Shown one piece after another: positions 11,261 to 24,650 of a DNA stretch of 64,000 nt. Position 1 is the stretch's first letter; the number at the start of each line of letters is the position of its first letter. The position numbers and the translations under genes were made by a program. The notes beneath the pieces are model-generated. The model made no database searches. It saw only the letters and a program-made list of their open reading frames with translations, and was not told where the DNA came from. This DNA comes from Eledone cirrhosa (Eukaryota). The DNA lies in NCBI GenBank assembly GCA_964016885.1, contig OZ024744.1, positions 1,240,001 through 1,304,000 of the forward strand, read 5' to 3'.

Positions 11261-13579
11261 TGGTGAAGAACGAAGTTTTGAGGGAAGACAAGGTAGAGAA
11301 AGATAGATTGGTGAAGAACGAAGTTTTGAGGGAAGACAAGGTAGAGAAAGATAGCTTGATGAAGAACGAAGTTTTGAGGGAAGACAAGGTAGAGAAAGAT
11401 AGCTTGATGAAGTACGAAGTTTTGGGGGAAGACAAGGTAGAGAAAGATAGCTTGGTGAAGAACGAAGTTTTGAGAGAAGACAAGGTAGAGAAAGATAGCT
11501 TGATGAAGAACGACGTTTTGAGGGAAGACAAGGTAGAGAAAGATAGCTTGGTGGAGAACGAAGTTTTTAGGGAAGACAAAGCAGAGAAAGATAGCTCGGT
11601 GAAGAACGAAGTTTTGGGGGAAGACAAGGTAGAGAAAGATAGCTTGGTGAAGAACGAAGTTTTCAGGGAAGACAAGGTAGAGAAAGATAGCTTGGTGAAG
11701 AACGAAGTTTTGGGGGAAGACAAGGTAGATAAAGATAGCTTGATGAAGTACGAAGTTTTGAGGGAAGACAAGGTAGAGAAAGATAGCTTGGTGAAGAACG
11801 ACGTTTTGTGGGAAGACAAGGTAGAGAAACATAGTTGGTGAAGAACGAAGTTTTGAGGGAAGACAAGGAAGAGAAAGATAGATTGGTGAAGAACGAAGTT
11901 TTCAGGGAAGACAAGGTAGAGAAAGATAGCTTGGTGAAGAACGAAGTTTTGGGGGAAGACAAGGTAGAGAAAGATAGCTTGGTGAAGAACGACGTTTTGA
12001 GGGAAGACAAGGTAGAGAAAGATAGCTTGGTGAAGAACAAAGTTTTGGGGGAAGACAAGGTAGAGAAAGATAGCTTGATGAAGTACGAAGTTTTGGGGGA
12101 AGACAAGGTAGAGAAAGATAGCTTGGTGAGGAACGACGTTTTGTGGGAAGACAAGGTAGAGAAACATAGTTGGTGAAGAACGAAGTTTTGAGGGAAGACA
12201 AGGTAGAGAAAGATAGCTTGGTGAAGAACGAAGTTTTGAGGGAAGACAAGGTAGAGAAAGATAGCTTGGTGAAGAACGAAGTTTTGAGGGAAGACAAGGT
12301 AGAGAAAGATAGTTGGTGAAGAACGAAGTTTTGAGGGAAGACAAGGTAGAGAAAGATAGCTTGGTGAAGAACGAGGTTTTGGGGGAAGACAAGGTAGAGA
12401 AAGATAGCTTGGTGAAGAACGAAGTTTTGAGGGAAGACAAGGTAGAGAAAGATAGCTTGGTGAAGAACGAAGTTTTGGGGGAAGACAAGGTAGAGAAAGA
12501 TAGCTTGGTGAAGAACGAAGTTTTGAGGGAAGACAAGGTAGAGAAAGATAGCTTGGTGAAGAACGAAGTTTTGAGGGAAGACAAGGTAGAGAAAGATAGT
12601 TGGTGAAGAACGAAGTTTTGAGGGAAGACAAGGTAGAGAAAGATAGCTTGGTGAAGAACGACGTTTTGAGGGAAGACAAGGTAGAGAAAGATAGCTTGGT
12701 GAAGAACAAAGTTTTGGGGGAAGACAAGGTAGAGAAAGATAGCTTGATGAAGTACGAAGTTTTGGGGGAAGACAAGGTAGAGAAAGATAGCTTGGTGAGG
12801 AACGACGTTTTGTGGGAAGACAAGGTAGAGAAACAGTTGGTGAAGAACGAAGTTTTGAGGGAAGACAAGGTAGAGAAAGATAGCTTGGTGAAGAACGAAG
12901 TTTTGAGGGAAGACAAGGTAGAGAAAGATAGCTTGATGAAGAACGAAGTTTTGAGGGAAGACAAGGTAGAGAAAGATAGCTTGATGAAGTACGAAGTTTT
13001 GGGGGAAGACAAGGTAGAGAAAGATAGCTTGGTGAAGAACGAAGTTTTGAGGGAAGACAAGGTAGAGAAAGATAGCTTGATGAAGAACGAAGTTTTGAGG
13101 GAAGACAAGGTAGAGAAAGATAGCTTGGTGAAGAACGAAGTTTTGAGGGAAGACAAAGTAGAGAAAGATAGCTTGGTGAAGAACGAAGTTTTGGGGGAAG
13201 ACAATGTAGAGAAAGATAGCTTGCTGAAGAACGAAGTTCTGAGGGACGACAAAGTAGAGAAAGATAGCTTGGTGAAGAATGAAGTTTTGGGGGAAGACAA
13301 GGTAGAGAAAGATAGCTTGATGAAGAACGAAGTTTTGGGGGAAGACAAGGTAGAGAAAGATAGCTTGGTGAAGAACGAAGTTTTGAGGGAAGACAAGGTA
13401 GAGAAAGATAGCTTGGTGAAGAACGAAGTTTTGGGTGAAGACAAGGTAGAGGAAGATAGCTTGGTGAAGAACGAAGTTTTGGGGGAAGACAAGGTAGAGA
13501 AAGATAGCTTGGTGAAGAACGAAGTTTTGAGGGAAGACAAGGTAGAGAAAGATAGCTTGGTGAAGAACGACGTTTTGGG

Positions 13580-15860
13580 GGAAGACAAGGTAGAAAAGGA
13601 TAGCTTGGTGAAGAACAACGTTTTGGGGGAAGACAAGGTAGAGAAAGATAGCTTGGTGAAGAACGAAGTATTGAGGGAAGACTAGGTAGAGAAAGATAGC
13701 TTGGTGAAGAACGAAGTTTTGAGGGAAGACAAGGTAGAGAAAGATAGTTGGTGAAGAACGAAGTTTTGAGGGAAGACAAGGTAGAGAAAGATAGCTTGGT
13801 GAAGAACGACGTTTTGAGGGAAGACAAGGTAGAGAAAGATAGCTTGGTGAAGAACGAAGTTTTGGGGGAAGACAAGGTAGATAAAGATAGCTTGATGAAG
13901 TACGAAGTTTTGGGGGAAGACAACGTAGAGAAAGATAGCTTGGTGAAGAACGACGTTTTGTGGGAAGACAAGGTAGAGAAACATAGTTGGTGAAGAACGA
14001 AGTTTTGAGGGAAGACAAGGTAGAGAAAGATAGATTGGTGAAGAACGAAGTTTTGAGGGAAGACAAGGTAGAGAAAGATAGCTTGATGAAGAACGAAGTT
14101 TTGAGGGAAGACAAGGTAGAGAAAGATAGCTTGATGAAGTACGAAGTTTTGGGGGAAGACAAGGTAGAGAAAGATAGCTTGGTGAAGAACGAAGTTTTGA
14201 GAGAAGACAAGGTAGAGAAAGATAGCTTGATGAAGAACGAAGTTTTGAGGGAAGACAAGGTAGAGAAAGATAGCTTGGTGGAGAACGAAGTTTTTAGGGA
14301 AGACAAAGTAGAGAAAGATAGCTTGGTGAAGAACGAAGTTTTGGGGGAAGACAATGTAGAGAAAGATAGCTTGATGAAGAACGAAGTTTTGGGGGAAGAC
14401 AAGGTAGAGAAAGATAGCTTGGTGAAGAACGAAGTTTTGAGGAAAGACAAGGTAGAGAAAGATAGCTTGGTGAGGAACGAAGTTTTGGGGGAAGACAAGG
14501 TAGAGAAAGATAGCTTGGTGAAGAACGAAGTTTTGGGGGAAAACAAGGTAGAGAAAGATAGCTTGGTGAAGAACGAAGTTTTGAGGGAAGACAAGGTAGA
14601 GAAAGATAGCTTGATGAAGAACGAAGTTTTGAGGGAAGACACGGTAGAGAAAGATAGCTTGGTGAAGAACGAAGTTTTGAGGGAAGACAAAGTAGAGAAA
14701 GATAGCTTGGTGAAGAACGAAGTTTTGGGGGAAGACAATGTAGAGAAAGATAGCTTGATGAAGAACGAATTTTTGGGAGAAGACAAGGTAGAGAAAGATA
14801 GCTTGGTGAAGAACGAAGTTTTGAGGGAAGACAAGGTAGAGAAAGATAGTTGGTGAAGAACGAAGTTTTGAGGGAAGACAAGGTAGAGAAAGATAGCTTG
14901 GTGAAGAACGACGTTTTGAGGGAAGACAAGGTAGAGAAAGATAGCTTGGTGAAGAACGACGTTTTGGGGGAAGAAAATGTAGAGAAAGATAGCTTGGTGA
15001 AGAACGACGTTTTGAGGGAAGACAAGGTAGAGATAGATAGCTTGGTGAAGAACGAAGTTTTGAGGGAAGGCAAAGTAGAGAAAGATAGCTTGGTGAAGAA
15101 CGAAGTTTTGGAGGAAGACAATGTTGAGAAAGATAGCTTGATGAAGAACGAAGTTTTGGGGGAAGACAAGGTAGAGAAAGATAGCTTGATGAAGTACGAA
15201 GTGTTGGGGGAAGACAAGGTAGAGAAAGATAGCTTGGTGAAGAACGACGTTTTGTGGGAAGACAAGGTAGAGAAATATAGTTGGTGAAGAACGAAGTTTT
15301 GAGGCAAGACAAGGTAGAGAAAGATAGCTTGGTGAAGAACGAAGTTTTGAGGGAAGACAAGGTAGAGAAAGATAGCTTGGTGAAGAACGAAGTTTTGGGA
15401 GAAGACAATGTAGAGAAAGATAGCTTGGTGAAGAACGAAGTTTTGAGGGAAGACAAGGTAGAGAAAGATAGCTTGGTGAAGAACGAAGTTTTGGGGTAAG
15501 ACAAGGTAGAGAAAGATAGCTTGGTGAAGAACGAAGTTTTGAGGGAAGACAAGGTATAGAAAGAGAGCTTGATGAAGAACGAAGTTTTGAGGGAAGACAA
15601 GGTAGAGAAAGATAGCTTGATGAAGTACGAAATATTGGGGGAAGACAAGGTAGAGAAAGATAGCTTGGTGAAGAACGAAGTTTTGGGGGAAGACAAGGTA
15701 GAGAAAGATAGCTTGATGAAGAACGAAGTTTTGAGGGAAGACAAGGTAGAGAAAGATAGCTTGGTGAAGAACGAAGTTTTGAGGGAAGACAAGGTAGAGA
15801 AAGATAGCTTGGTGAAGAACGAAGTTTTGAGGGAAGACAAGGTAGAGAAAGATAGTTGGT
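13580..15860 (+). repeat. Dispersed copy of the left-arm HOR block (offset 8905 bp from about 4680-6950)
   Basis: Matching variant series: ORF starts 4843/5082/5945/6376 recur at 13748/13987/14850/15281. Confidence 0.9.
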
Positions 15861-18800
15861 GAAGAACGAAGTTTTGAGGGAAGACAAGGTAGAGAAAGAT
15901 AGCTTGGTGAAGAACGACGTTTTGAGGGAAGACAAGGTAGAGAAAGATAGCTTGGTGAAGAACAAAGTTTTGGGGGAAGACAAGGTAGAGAAAGATAGCT
16001 TGATGAAGTACGAAGTTTTGGGGGAAGACAAGGTAGAGAAAGATAGCTTGGTGAGGAACGACGTTTTGTGGGAAGACAAGGTAGAGAAACATAGTTGGTG
16101 AAGAACGAAGTTTTGAGGGAAGACAAGGTAGAGAAAGATAGCTTGGTGAAGAACGAAGTTTTGAGGGAAGACAAGGTAGAGAAAGATAGCTTGGTGAAGA
16201 ACGAAGTTTTGAGGGAAGACAAGGTAGAGAAAGATAGTTGGTGAAGAACGAAGTTTTGAGGGAAGACAAGGTAGAGAAAGATAGCTTGGTGAAGAACGAG
16301 GTTTTGGGGGAAGACAAGGTAGAGAAAGATAGCTTGGTGAAGAACGAAGTTTTGAGGGAAGACAAGGTAGAGAAAGATAGCTTGGTGAAGAACGAAGTTT
16401 TGGGGGAAGACAAGGTAGAGAAAGATAGCTTGGTGAAGAACGAAGTTTTGAGGGAAGACAAGGTAGAGAAAGATAGCTTGGTGAAGAACGAAGTTTTGAG
16501 GGAAGACAAGGTAGAGAAAGATAGTTGGTGAAGAACGAAGTTTTGAGGGAAGACAAGGTAGAGAAAGATAGCTTGGTGAAGAACGACGTTTTGAGGGAAG
16601 ACAAGGTAGAGAAAGATAGCTTGGTGAAGAACAAAGTTTTGGGGGAAGACAAGGTAGAGAAAGATAGCTTGATGAAGTACGAAGTTTTGGGGGAAGACAA
16701 GGTAGAGAAAGATAGCTTGGTGAGGAACGACGTTTTGTGGGAAGACAAGGTAGAGAAACATAGTTGGTGAAGAACGAAGTTTTGAGGGAAGACAAGGTAG
16801 AGAAAGATAGCTTGGTGAAGAACGAAGTTTTGAGGGAAGACAAGGTAGAGAAAGATAGCTTGATGAAGAACGAAGTTTTGAGGGAAGACAAGGTAGAGAA
16901 AGATAGCTTGATGAAGTACGAAGTTTTGGGGGAAGACAAGGTAGAGAAAGATAGCTTGGTGAAGAACGAAGTTTTGAGGGAAGACAAGGTAGAGAAAGAT
17001 AGCTTGATGAAGAACGAAGTTTTGAGGGAAGACAAGGTAGAGAAAGATAGCTTGGTGAAGAACGAAGTTTTGAGGGAAGACAAAGTAGAGAAAGATAGCT
17101 TGGTGAAGAACGAAGTTTTGGGGGAAGACAATGTAGAGAAAGATAGCTTGATGAAGAACGAAGTTTTGGGAGAAGACAAGGTAGAGAAAGATAGCTTGGT
17201 GAAGAACGAAGTTTTGAGGGAAGACAAGGTAGAGAAAGATAGCTCGGTGAAGAACGAAGTTTTGGGGGAAGACAAGGTAGAGAAAGATAGCTTGGTGAAG
17301 AACGAAGTTTTCAGGGAAGACAAGGTAGAGAAAGATAGCTTGGTGAAGAACGAAGTTTTGGGGGAAGACAAGGTAGATAAAGATAGCTTGATGAAGTACG
17401 AAGTTTTGGGGGAAGACAAGGTAGAGAAAGATAGCTTGGTGAAGAACGACGTTTTGTGGGAAGACAAGGTAGAGAAACATAGTTGGTGAAGAACGAAGTT
17501 TTGAGGGAAGACAAGGTAGAGAAAGATAGATTGGTGAAGAACGAAGTTTTGAGGGAAGACAAGGTAGAGAAAGATAGCTTGATGAAGAACGAAGTTTTGA
17601 GGGAAGACAAGGTAGAGAAAGATAGCTTGATGAAGTACGAAGTTTTGGGGGAAGACAAGGTAGAGAAAGATAGCTTGGTGAAGAACGAAGTTTTGAGAGA
17701 AGACAAGGTAGAGAAAGATAGCTTGATGAGGAACGACGTTTTGAGGGAAGACAAGGTAGAGAAAGATAGCTTGGTGGAGAACGAAGTTTTTAGGGAAGAC
17801 AAAGCAGAGAAAGATAGCTCGGTGAAGAACGAAGTTTTGGGGGAAGACAAGGTAGAGAAAGATAGCTTGGTGAAGAACGAAGTTTTCAGGGAAGACAAGG
17901 TAGAGAAAGATAGCTTGGTGAAGAACGAAGTTTTGGGGGAAGACAAGGTAGATAAAGATAGCTTGATGAAGTACGAAGTTTTGAGGGAAGACAAGGTAGA
18001 GAAAGATAGCTTGGTGAAGAACGACGTTTTGTGGGAAGACAAGGTAGAGAAACATAGTTGGTGAAGAACGAAGTTTTGAGGGAAGACAAGGAAGAGAAAG
18101 ATAGATTGGTGAAGAACGAAGTTTTCAGGGAAGACAAGGTAGAGAAAGATAGCTTGGTGAAGAACGAAGTTTTGGGGGAAGACAAGGTAGATAAAGATAG
18201 CTTGATGAAGTACGAAGTTTTGGGGGAAGACAAGGTAGAGAAAGATTGCTTGGTGAAGAACGACGTTTTGTGGGAAGACAAGGTAGAGAAACATAGTTGG
18301 TGAAGAACGAAGTTTTGAGGGAAGACAAGGAAGAGACAGATAGATTGGTGAAGAACGAAGTTTTGAGGGAAGACAAGGTAGAGAAAGATAGCTTGATGAA
18401 GAACGAAGTTTTGAGGGAAGACAAGGTAGAGAAAGATAGCTTGATGAAGTACGAAGTTTTGGGGGAAGACAAGGTAGAGAAAGATAGCTTGGTGAAGAAC
18501 GAAGTTTTGAGAGAAGACAAGGTAGAGAAAGATAGCTTGATGAAGAACGAAGTTTTGAGGGAAGACAAGGTAGAGAAAGATAGCTTGGTGAAGAACGAAG
18601 TTTTGAGGGAAGACAAGGTAGAGAAAGATAGCTTGGTGAAGAACGAAGTTTTGAGGGAAGACAAGGTAGAGAAAGATAGCTTGATGAAGAACGAAGTTTT
18701 GAGGGAAGACAAGGTAGAGAAAGATAGCTTGGTGAAGAACGAAGTTTTGAGGGAAGACAAGGTAGAGAAAGATAGCTTGGTGAAGAACGAAGTTTTGAGG

Positions 18801-21030
18801 GAAGACAAGGTAGAGAAAGATAGTTGGTGAAGAACGAAGTTTTGAGGGAAGACAAGGTAGAGAAAGATAGCTTGGTGAAGAACGACGTTTTGAGGGAAGA
18901 CAAGGTAGAGAAAGATAGCTTGGTGAAGAACAAAGTTTTGGGGGAAGACAAGGTAGAGAAAGATAGCTTGATGAAGTACGAAGTTTTGGGAGAAGACAAG
19001 GTAGAGAAAGATAGCTTGGTGAGGAACGACGTTTTGTGGGAAGACAAGGTAGAGAAACATAGTTGGTGAAGAACGAAGTTTTGAGGGAAGACAAGGTAGA
19101 GAAAGATAGCTTGGTGAAGAACGAAGTTTTGAGGGAAGACAAGGTAGAGAAAGATAGCTTGGTGAAGAACGAAGTTTTGAGGGAAGACAACGTAGAGAAA
19201 GATAGTTGGTGAAGAACGAAGTTTTGAGGGAAGACAAGGTAGAGAAAGATAGCTTGGTGAAGAACGAGGTTTTGGGGGAAGACAAGGTAGAGAAAGATAG
19301 CTTGGTGAAGAACGAAGTTTTGAGGGAAGACAAGGTAGAGAAAGATAGCTTGGTGAAGAACGAAGTTTTGGGGGAAGACAAGGTAGAGAAAGATAGCTTG
19401 GTGAAGAACGAAGTTTTGAGGGAAGACAAGGTAGAGAAAGATAGCTTGGTGAAGAACGAAGTTTTGAGGGAAGACAAGGTAGAGAAAGATAGTTGGTGAA
19501 GAACGAAGTTTTGAGGGAAGACAAGGTAGAGAAAGATAGCTTGGTGAAGAACGACGTTTTGAGGGAAGACAAGGTAGAGAAAGATAGCTTGGTGAAGAAC
19601 AAAGTTTTGGGGGAAGACAAGGTAGAGAAAGATAGCTTGATGAAGTACGAAGTTTTGGGGGAAGACAAGGTAGAGAAAGATAGCTTGGTGAGGAACGACG
19701 TTTTGTGGGAAGACAAGGTAGAGAAACATAGTTGGTGAAGAACGAAGTTTTGAGGGAAGACAAGGTAGAGAAGGATAGCTTGGTGAAGAACGAAGTTTTG
19801 AGGGAAGACAAGGTAGAGAAAGATAGCTTGATGAAGAACGAAGTTTTGAGGGAAGACAAGGTAGAGAAAGATAGCTTGATGAAGTACGAAGTTTTGGGGG
19901 AAGACAAGGTAGAGAAAGATAGCTTGGTGAAGAACGAAGTTTTGAGGGAAGACAAGGTAGAGAAAGATAGCTTGATGAAGAACGAAGTTTTGAGGGAAGA
20001 CAAGGTAGAGAAAGATAGCTTGGTGAAGAACGAAGTTTTGAGGGAAGACAAAGTAGAGAAAGATAGCTTGGTGAAGAACGAAGTTTTGGGGGAAGACAAT
20101 GTAGAGAAAGATAGCTTGATGAAGAACGAAGTTTTGGGAGAAGACAAGGTAGAGAAAGATAGCTTGGTGAAGAACGAAGTTTTGAGGGAAGACAAGGTAG
20201 AGAAAGATAGCTCGGTGAAGAACGAAGTTTTGGGGGAAGACAAGGTAGAGAAAGATAGCTTGGTGAAGAACGAAGTTTTCAGGGAAGACAAGGTAGAGAA
20301 AGATAGCTTGGTGAAGAACGAAGTTTTGGGGGAAGACAAGGTAGATAAAGATAGCTTGATGAAGTACGAAGTTTTGGGGGAAGACAAGGTAGAGAAAGAT
20401 AGCTTGGTGAAGAACGACGTTTTGTGGGAAGACAAGGTAGAGAAACATAGTTGGTGAAGAACGAAGTTTTGAGGGAAGACAAGGTAGAGAAAGATAGATT
20501 GGTGAAGAACGAAGTTTTGAGGGAAGACAAGGTAGAGAAAGATAGCTTGATGAAGAACGAAGTTTTGAGGGAAGACAAGGTAGAGAAAGATAGCTTGATG
20601 AAGTACGAAGTTTTAGGGGAAGACAAGGTAGAGAAAGATAGCTTGGTGAAGAACGAAGTTTTGAGAGAAGACAAGGTAGAGAAAGATAGCTTGATGAAGA
20701 ACGACGTTTTGAGGGAAGACAAGGTAGAGAAAGATAGCTTGGTGGAGAACGAAGTTTTTAGGGAAGACAAAGCAGAGAAAGATAGCTCGGTGAAGAACGA
20801 AGTTTTGGGGGAAGACAAGTTAGAGAAAGATAGCTTGGTGAAGAACGAAGTTTTCAGGGAAGACAAGGTAGAGAAAGATAGCTTGGTGAAGAACGAAGTT
20901 TTGGGGGAAGACAAGGTAGATAAAGATAGCTTGATGAAGTACGAAGTTTTGGGGGAAGACAAGGTAGAGAAAGATAGCTTGGTGAAGAACGACGTTTTGT
21001 GGGAAGACAAGGTAGAGAAACATAGTTGGT
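15856..21030 (+). repeat. Tandem duplication with 2968-bp offset (62 monomers), containing an internal 669-bp (14-monomer) repeat
   Basis: ORF starts 15856/16238/16525/16764/17483 recur at 18824/19206/19493/19732/20451. 15856->16525 and 18824->19493 are both 669 bp. Confidence 0.88.
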
Positions 21031-22941
21031 GAAGAACGAAGTTTTGAGGGAAGACAAGGAAGAGAAAGATAGATTGGTGAAGAACGAAGTTTTGAGGGAA
21101 GACAAGGTAGAGAAAGATAGCTTGATGAAGAACGAAGTTTTGAGGGAAGACAAGGTAGAGAAAGATAGCTTGATGAAGTACGAAGTTTTGGGGGAAGACA
21201 AGGTAGAGAAAGATAGCTTGGTGAAGAACGAAGTTTTGAGAGAAGACAAGGTAGAGAAAGATAGCTTGATGAAGAACGAAGTTTTGAGGGAAGACAAGGT
21301 AGAGAAAGATAGCTTGGTGAAGAACGAAGTTTTGAGGGAAGACAAGGTAGAGAAAGATAGCTTGGTGAAGAACGAAGTTTTGAGGGAAGACAAGGTAGAG
21401 AAAGATAGTTGGTGAAGAACGAAGTTTTGAGGGAAGACAAGGTAGAGAAAGATAGCTTGGTGAAGAACGACGTTTTGAGGGAAGACAAGGTAGAGAAAGA
21501 TAGCTTGGTGAAGAACAAAGTTTTGGGGGAAGACAAGGTAGAGAAAGATAGCTTGATGAAGTACGAAGTTTTGGGGGAAGACAAGGTAGAGAAAGATAGC
21601 TTGGTGAGGAACGACGTTTTGTGGGAAGACAAGGTAGAGAAACATAATTGGTGAAGAACGAAGTTTTGAGGGAAGACAAGGTAGAGAAAGATAGCTTGGT
21701 GAAGAACGAAGTTTTGAGGAAAGACAAGGTAGAGAAAGATAGCTTGATGAAGAACGAAGTTTTGAGGGAAGACAAGGTAGAGAAAGATAGCTTGATGAAG
21801 TACGAAGTTTTGGGGGAAGACAAGGTAGAGAAAGATAGCTTGGTGAAGAACGAAGTTTTGAGGGAAGACAAGGTAGAGAAAGATAGCTTGATGAAGAACG
21901 AAGTTTTGAGGGAAGACAAGGTAGAGAAAGATAGCTTGGTGAAGAACGAAGTTTTGAGGGAAGACAAAGTAGAGAAAGATAGCTTGGTGAAGAACGAAGT
22001 TTTGGGGGAAGACAATGTAGAGAAAGATAGCTTGATGAAGAACGAAGTTTTGGGAGAAGACAAGGTAGAGAAAGATAGCTTGGTGAAGAACGAAGTTTTG
22101 AGGGAAGACAAGGTAGAGAAAGATAGCTCGGTGAAGAACGAAGTTTTGGGGGAAGACTAGGTAGAGAAAGATAGCTTGGTGAAGAACGAAGTTTTCAGGG
22201 AAGACAAGGTAGAGAAAGATAGCTTGGTGAAGAACGAAGTTTTGGGGGAAGACAAGGTAGATAAAGATAGCTTGATGAAGTACGAGGTTTTGGGGGAAGA
22301 CAAGGTAGAGAAAGATAGCTTGGTGAAGAACGACGTTTTGTGGGAAGACAAGGTAGAGAAACATAGTTGGTGAAGAACGAAGTTTTGAGGGAAGACAAGG
22401 TAGAGAAAGATAGATTGGTGAAGAACGAAGTTTTGAGGGAAGACAAGGTAGAGAAAGATAGCTTGATGAAGAACGAAGTTTTGAGGGAAGACAAGGTAGA
22501 GAAAGATAGCTTGATGAAGTACGAAGTTTTGGGGGAAGACAAGGTAGAGAAAGATAGCTTGGTGAAGAACGAAGTTTTGAGAGAAGACAAGGTAGAGAAA
22601 GATAGCTTGATGAAGAACGAAGTTTTGAGGGAAGACAAGGTAGAGAAAGATAGCTTGGTGGAGAACGAAGTTTTTAGGGAAGACAAAGTAGAGAAAGATA
22701 GCTCGGTGAAGAACGAAGTTTTGGGGGAAGACAAGGTAGAGAAAGATAGCTTGGTGAAGAACGAAGTTTTCAGGGAAGACAAGGTAGAGAAAGATAGCTT
22801 GGTGAAGAACGAAGTTTTGGGGGAAGACAAGGTAGATAAAGATAGCTTGATGAAGTACGAAGTTTTGGGGGAAGACAAGGTAGAGAAAGATAGCTTGGTG
22901 AAGAACGACGTTTTGTGGGAAGACAAGGTAGAGAAACATAG

Positions 22942-24650
22942 TTGGTGAAGAACGAAGTTTTGAGGGAAGACAAGGTAGAGAAAGATAGATTGGTGAAGAA
23001 CGAAGTTTTGAGGGAAGACAAGGTAGAGAAAGATAGCTTGATGAAGAACGAAGTTTTGAGGGAAGACAAGGTAGAGAAAGATAGCTTGATGAAGTACGAA
23101 GTTTTGGGGGAAGACAAGGTAGAGAAAGATAGCTTGGTGAAGAACGAAGTTTTGAGAGAAGACAAGGTAGAGAAAGATAGCTTGATGAAGAACGAAGTTT
23201 TGAGGGAAGACAAGGTAGAGAAAGATAGCTTGGTGGAGAACGAAGTTTTTAGGGAAGACAAAGTAGAGAAAGATAGCTTGGTGAAGAACGAAGTTTTGGG
23301 GGAAGACAATGTAGAGAAAGATAGCTTGATGAAGAACGAAGTTTTGGGGGAAGACAAGGTAGAGAAAGATAGCTTGGTGAAGAACGAAGTTTTGAGGAAA
23401 GACAAGGTAGAGAAAGATAGCTTGGTGAGGAACGAAGTTTTGGGGGAAGACAAGGTAGAGAAAGATAGCTTGGTGAAGAACGAAGTTTTGGGGGAAAACA
23501 AGGTAGAGAAAGATAGCTTGGTGAAGAACGAAGTTTTGAGGGAAGACAAGGTAGAGAAAGATAGCTTGATGAAGAACGAAGTTTTGAGGGAAGACACGGT
23601 AGAGAAAGATAGCTTGGTGAAGAACGAAGTTTTGAGGGAAGACAAAGTAGAGAAAGATAGCTTGGTGAAGAACGAAGTTTTGGGGGAAGACAATGTAGAG
23701 AAAGATAGCTTGATGAAGAACGAATTTTTGGGAGAAGACAAGGTAGAGAAAGATAGCTTGGTGAAGAACGAAGTTTTGAGGGAAGACAAGGTAGAGAAAG
23801 ATAGTTGGTGAAGAACGAAGTTTTGAGGGAAGACAAGGTAGAGAAAGATAGCTTGGTGAAGAACGACGTTTTGAGGGAAGACAAGGTAGAGAAAGATAGC
23901 TTGGTGAAGAACGACGTTTTGGGGGAAGAAAATGTAGAGAAAGATAGCTTGGTGAAGAACGACGTTTTGAGGGAAGACAAGGTAGAGATAGATAGCTTGG
24001 TGAAGAACGAAGTTTTGAGGGAAGGCAAAGTAGAGAAAGATAGCTTGGTGAAGAACGAAGTTTTGGAGGAAGACAATGTTGAGAAAGATAGCTTGATGAA
24101 GAACGAAGTTTTGGGGGAAGACAAGGTAGAGAAAGATAGCTTGATGAAGTACGAAGTGTTGGGGGAAGACAAGGTAGAGAAAGATAGCTTGGTGAAGAAC
24201 GACGTTTTGTGGGAAGACAAGGTAGAGAAATATAGTTGGTGAAGAACGAAGTTTTGAGGCAAGACAAGGTAGAGAAAGATAGCTTGGTGAAGAACGAAGT
24301 TTTGAGGGAAGACAAGGTAGAGAAAGATAGCTTGGTGAAGAACGAAGTTTTGGGGGAAGACAATGTAGAGAAAGATAGCTTGGTGAAGAACGAAGTTTTG
24401 AGGGAAGACAAGGTAGAGAAAGATAGCTTGGTGAAGAACGAAGTTTTGGGGTAAGACAAGGTAGAGAAAGATAGCTTGGTGAAGAACGAAGTTTTGAGGG
24501 AAGACAAGGTATAGAAAGAGAGCTTGATGAAGAACGAAGTTTTGAGGGAAGACAAGGTAGAGAAAGATAGCTTGATGAAGTACGAAATATTGGGGGAAGA
24601 CAAGGTAGAGAAAGATAGCTTGGTGAAGAACGAAGTTTTGAGGGAAGACA
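22942..24650 (+). repeat. Further dispersed copy of the left-arm HOR block (offset 8955 bp from 13987)
   Basis: ORF starts 13987/14850/15281/15569 recur at 22942/23805/24236/24524 with the same rare variants. Confidence 0.88.
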
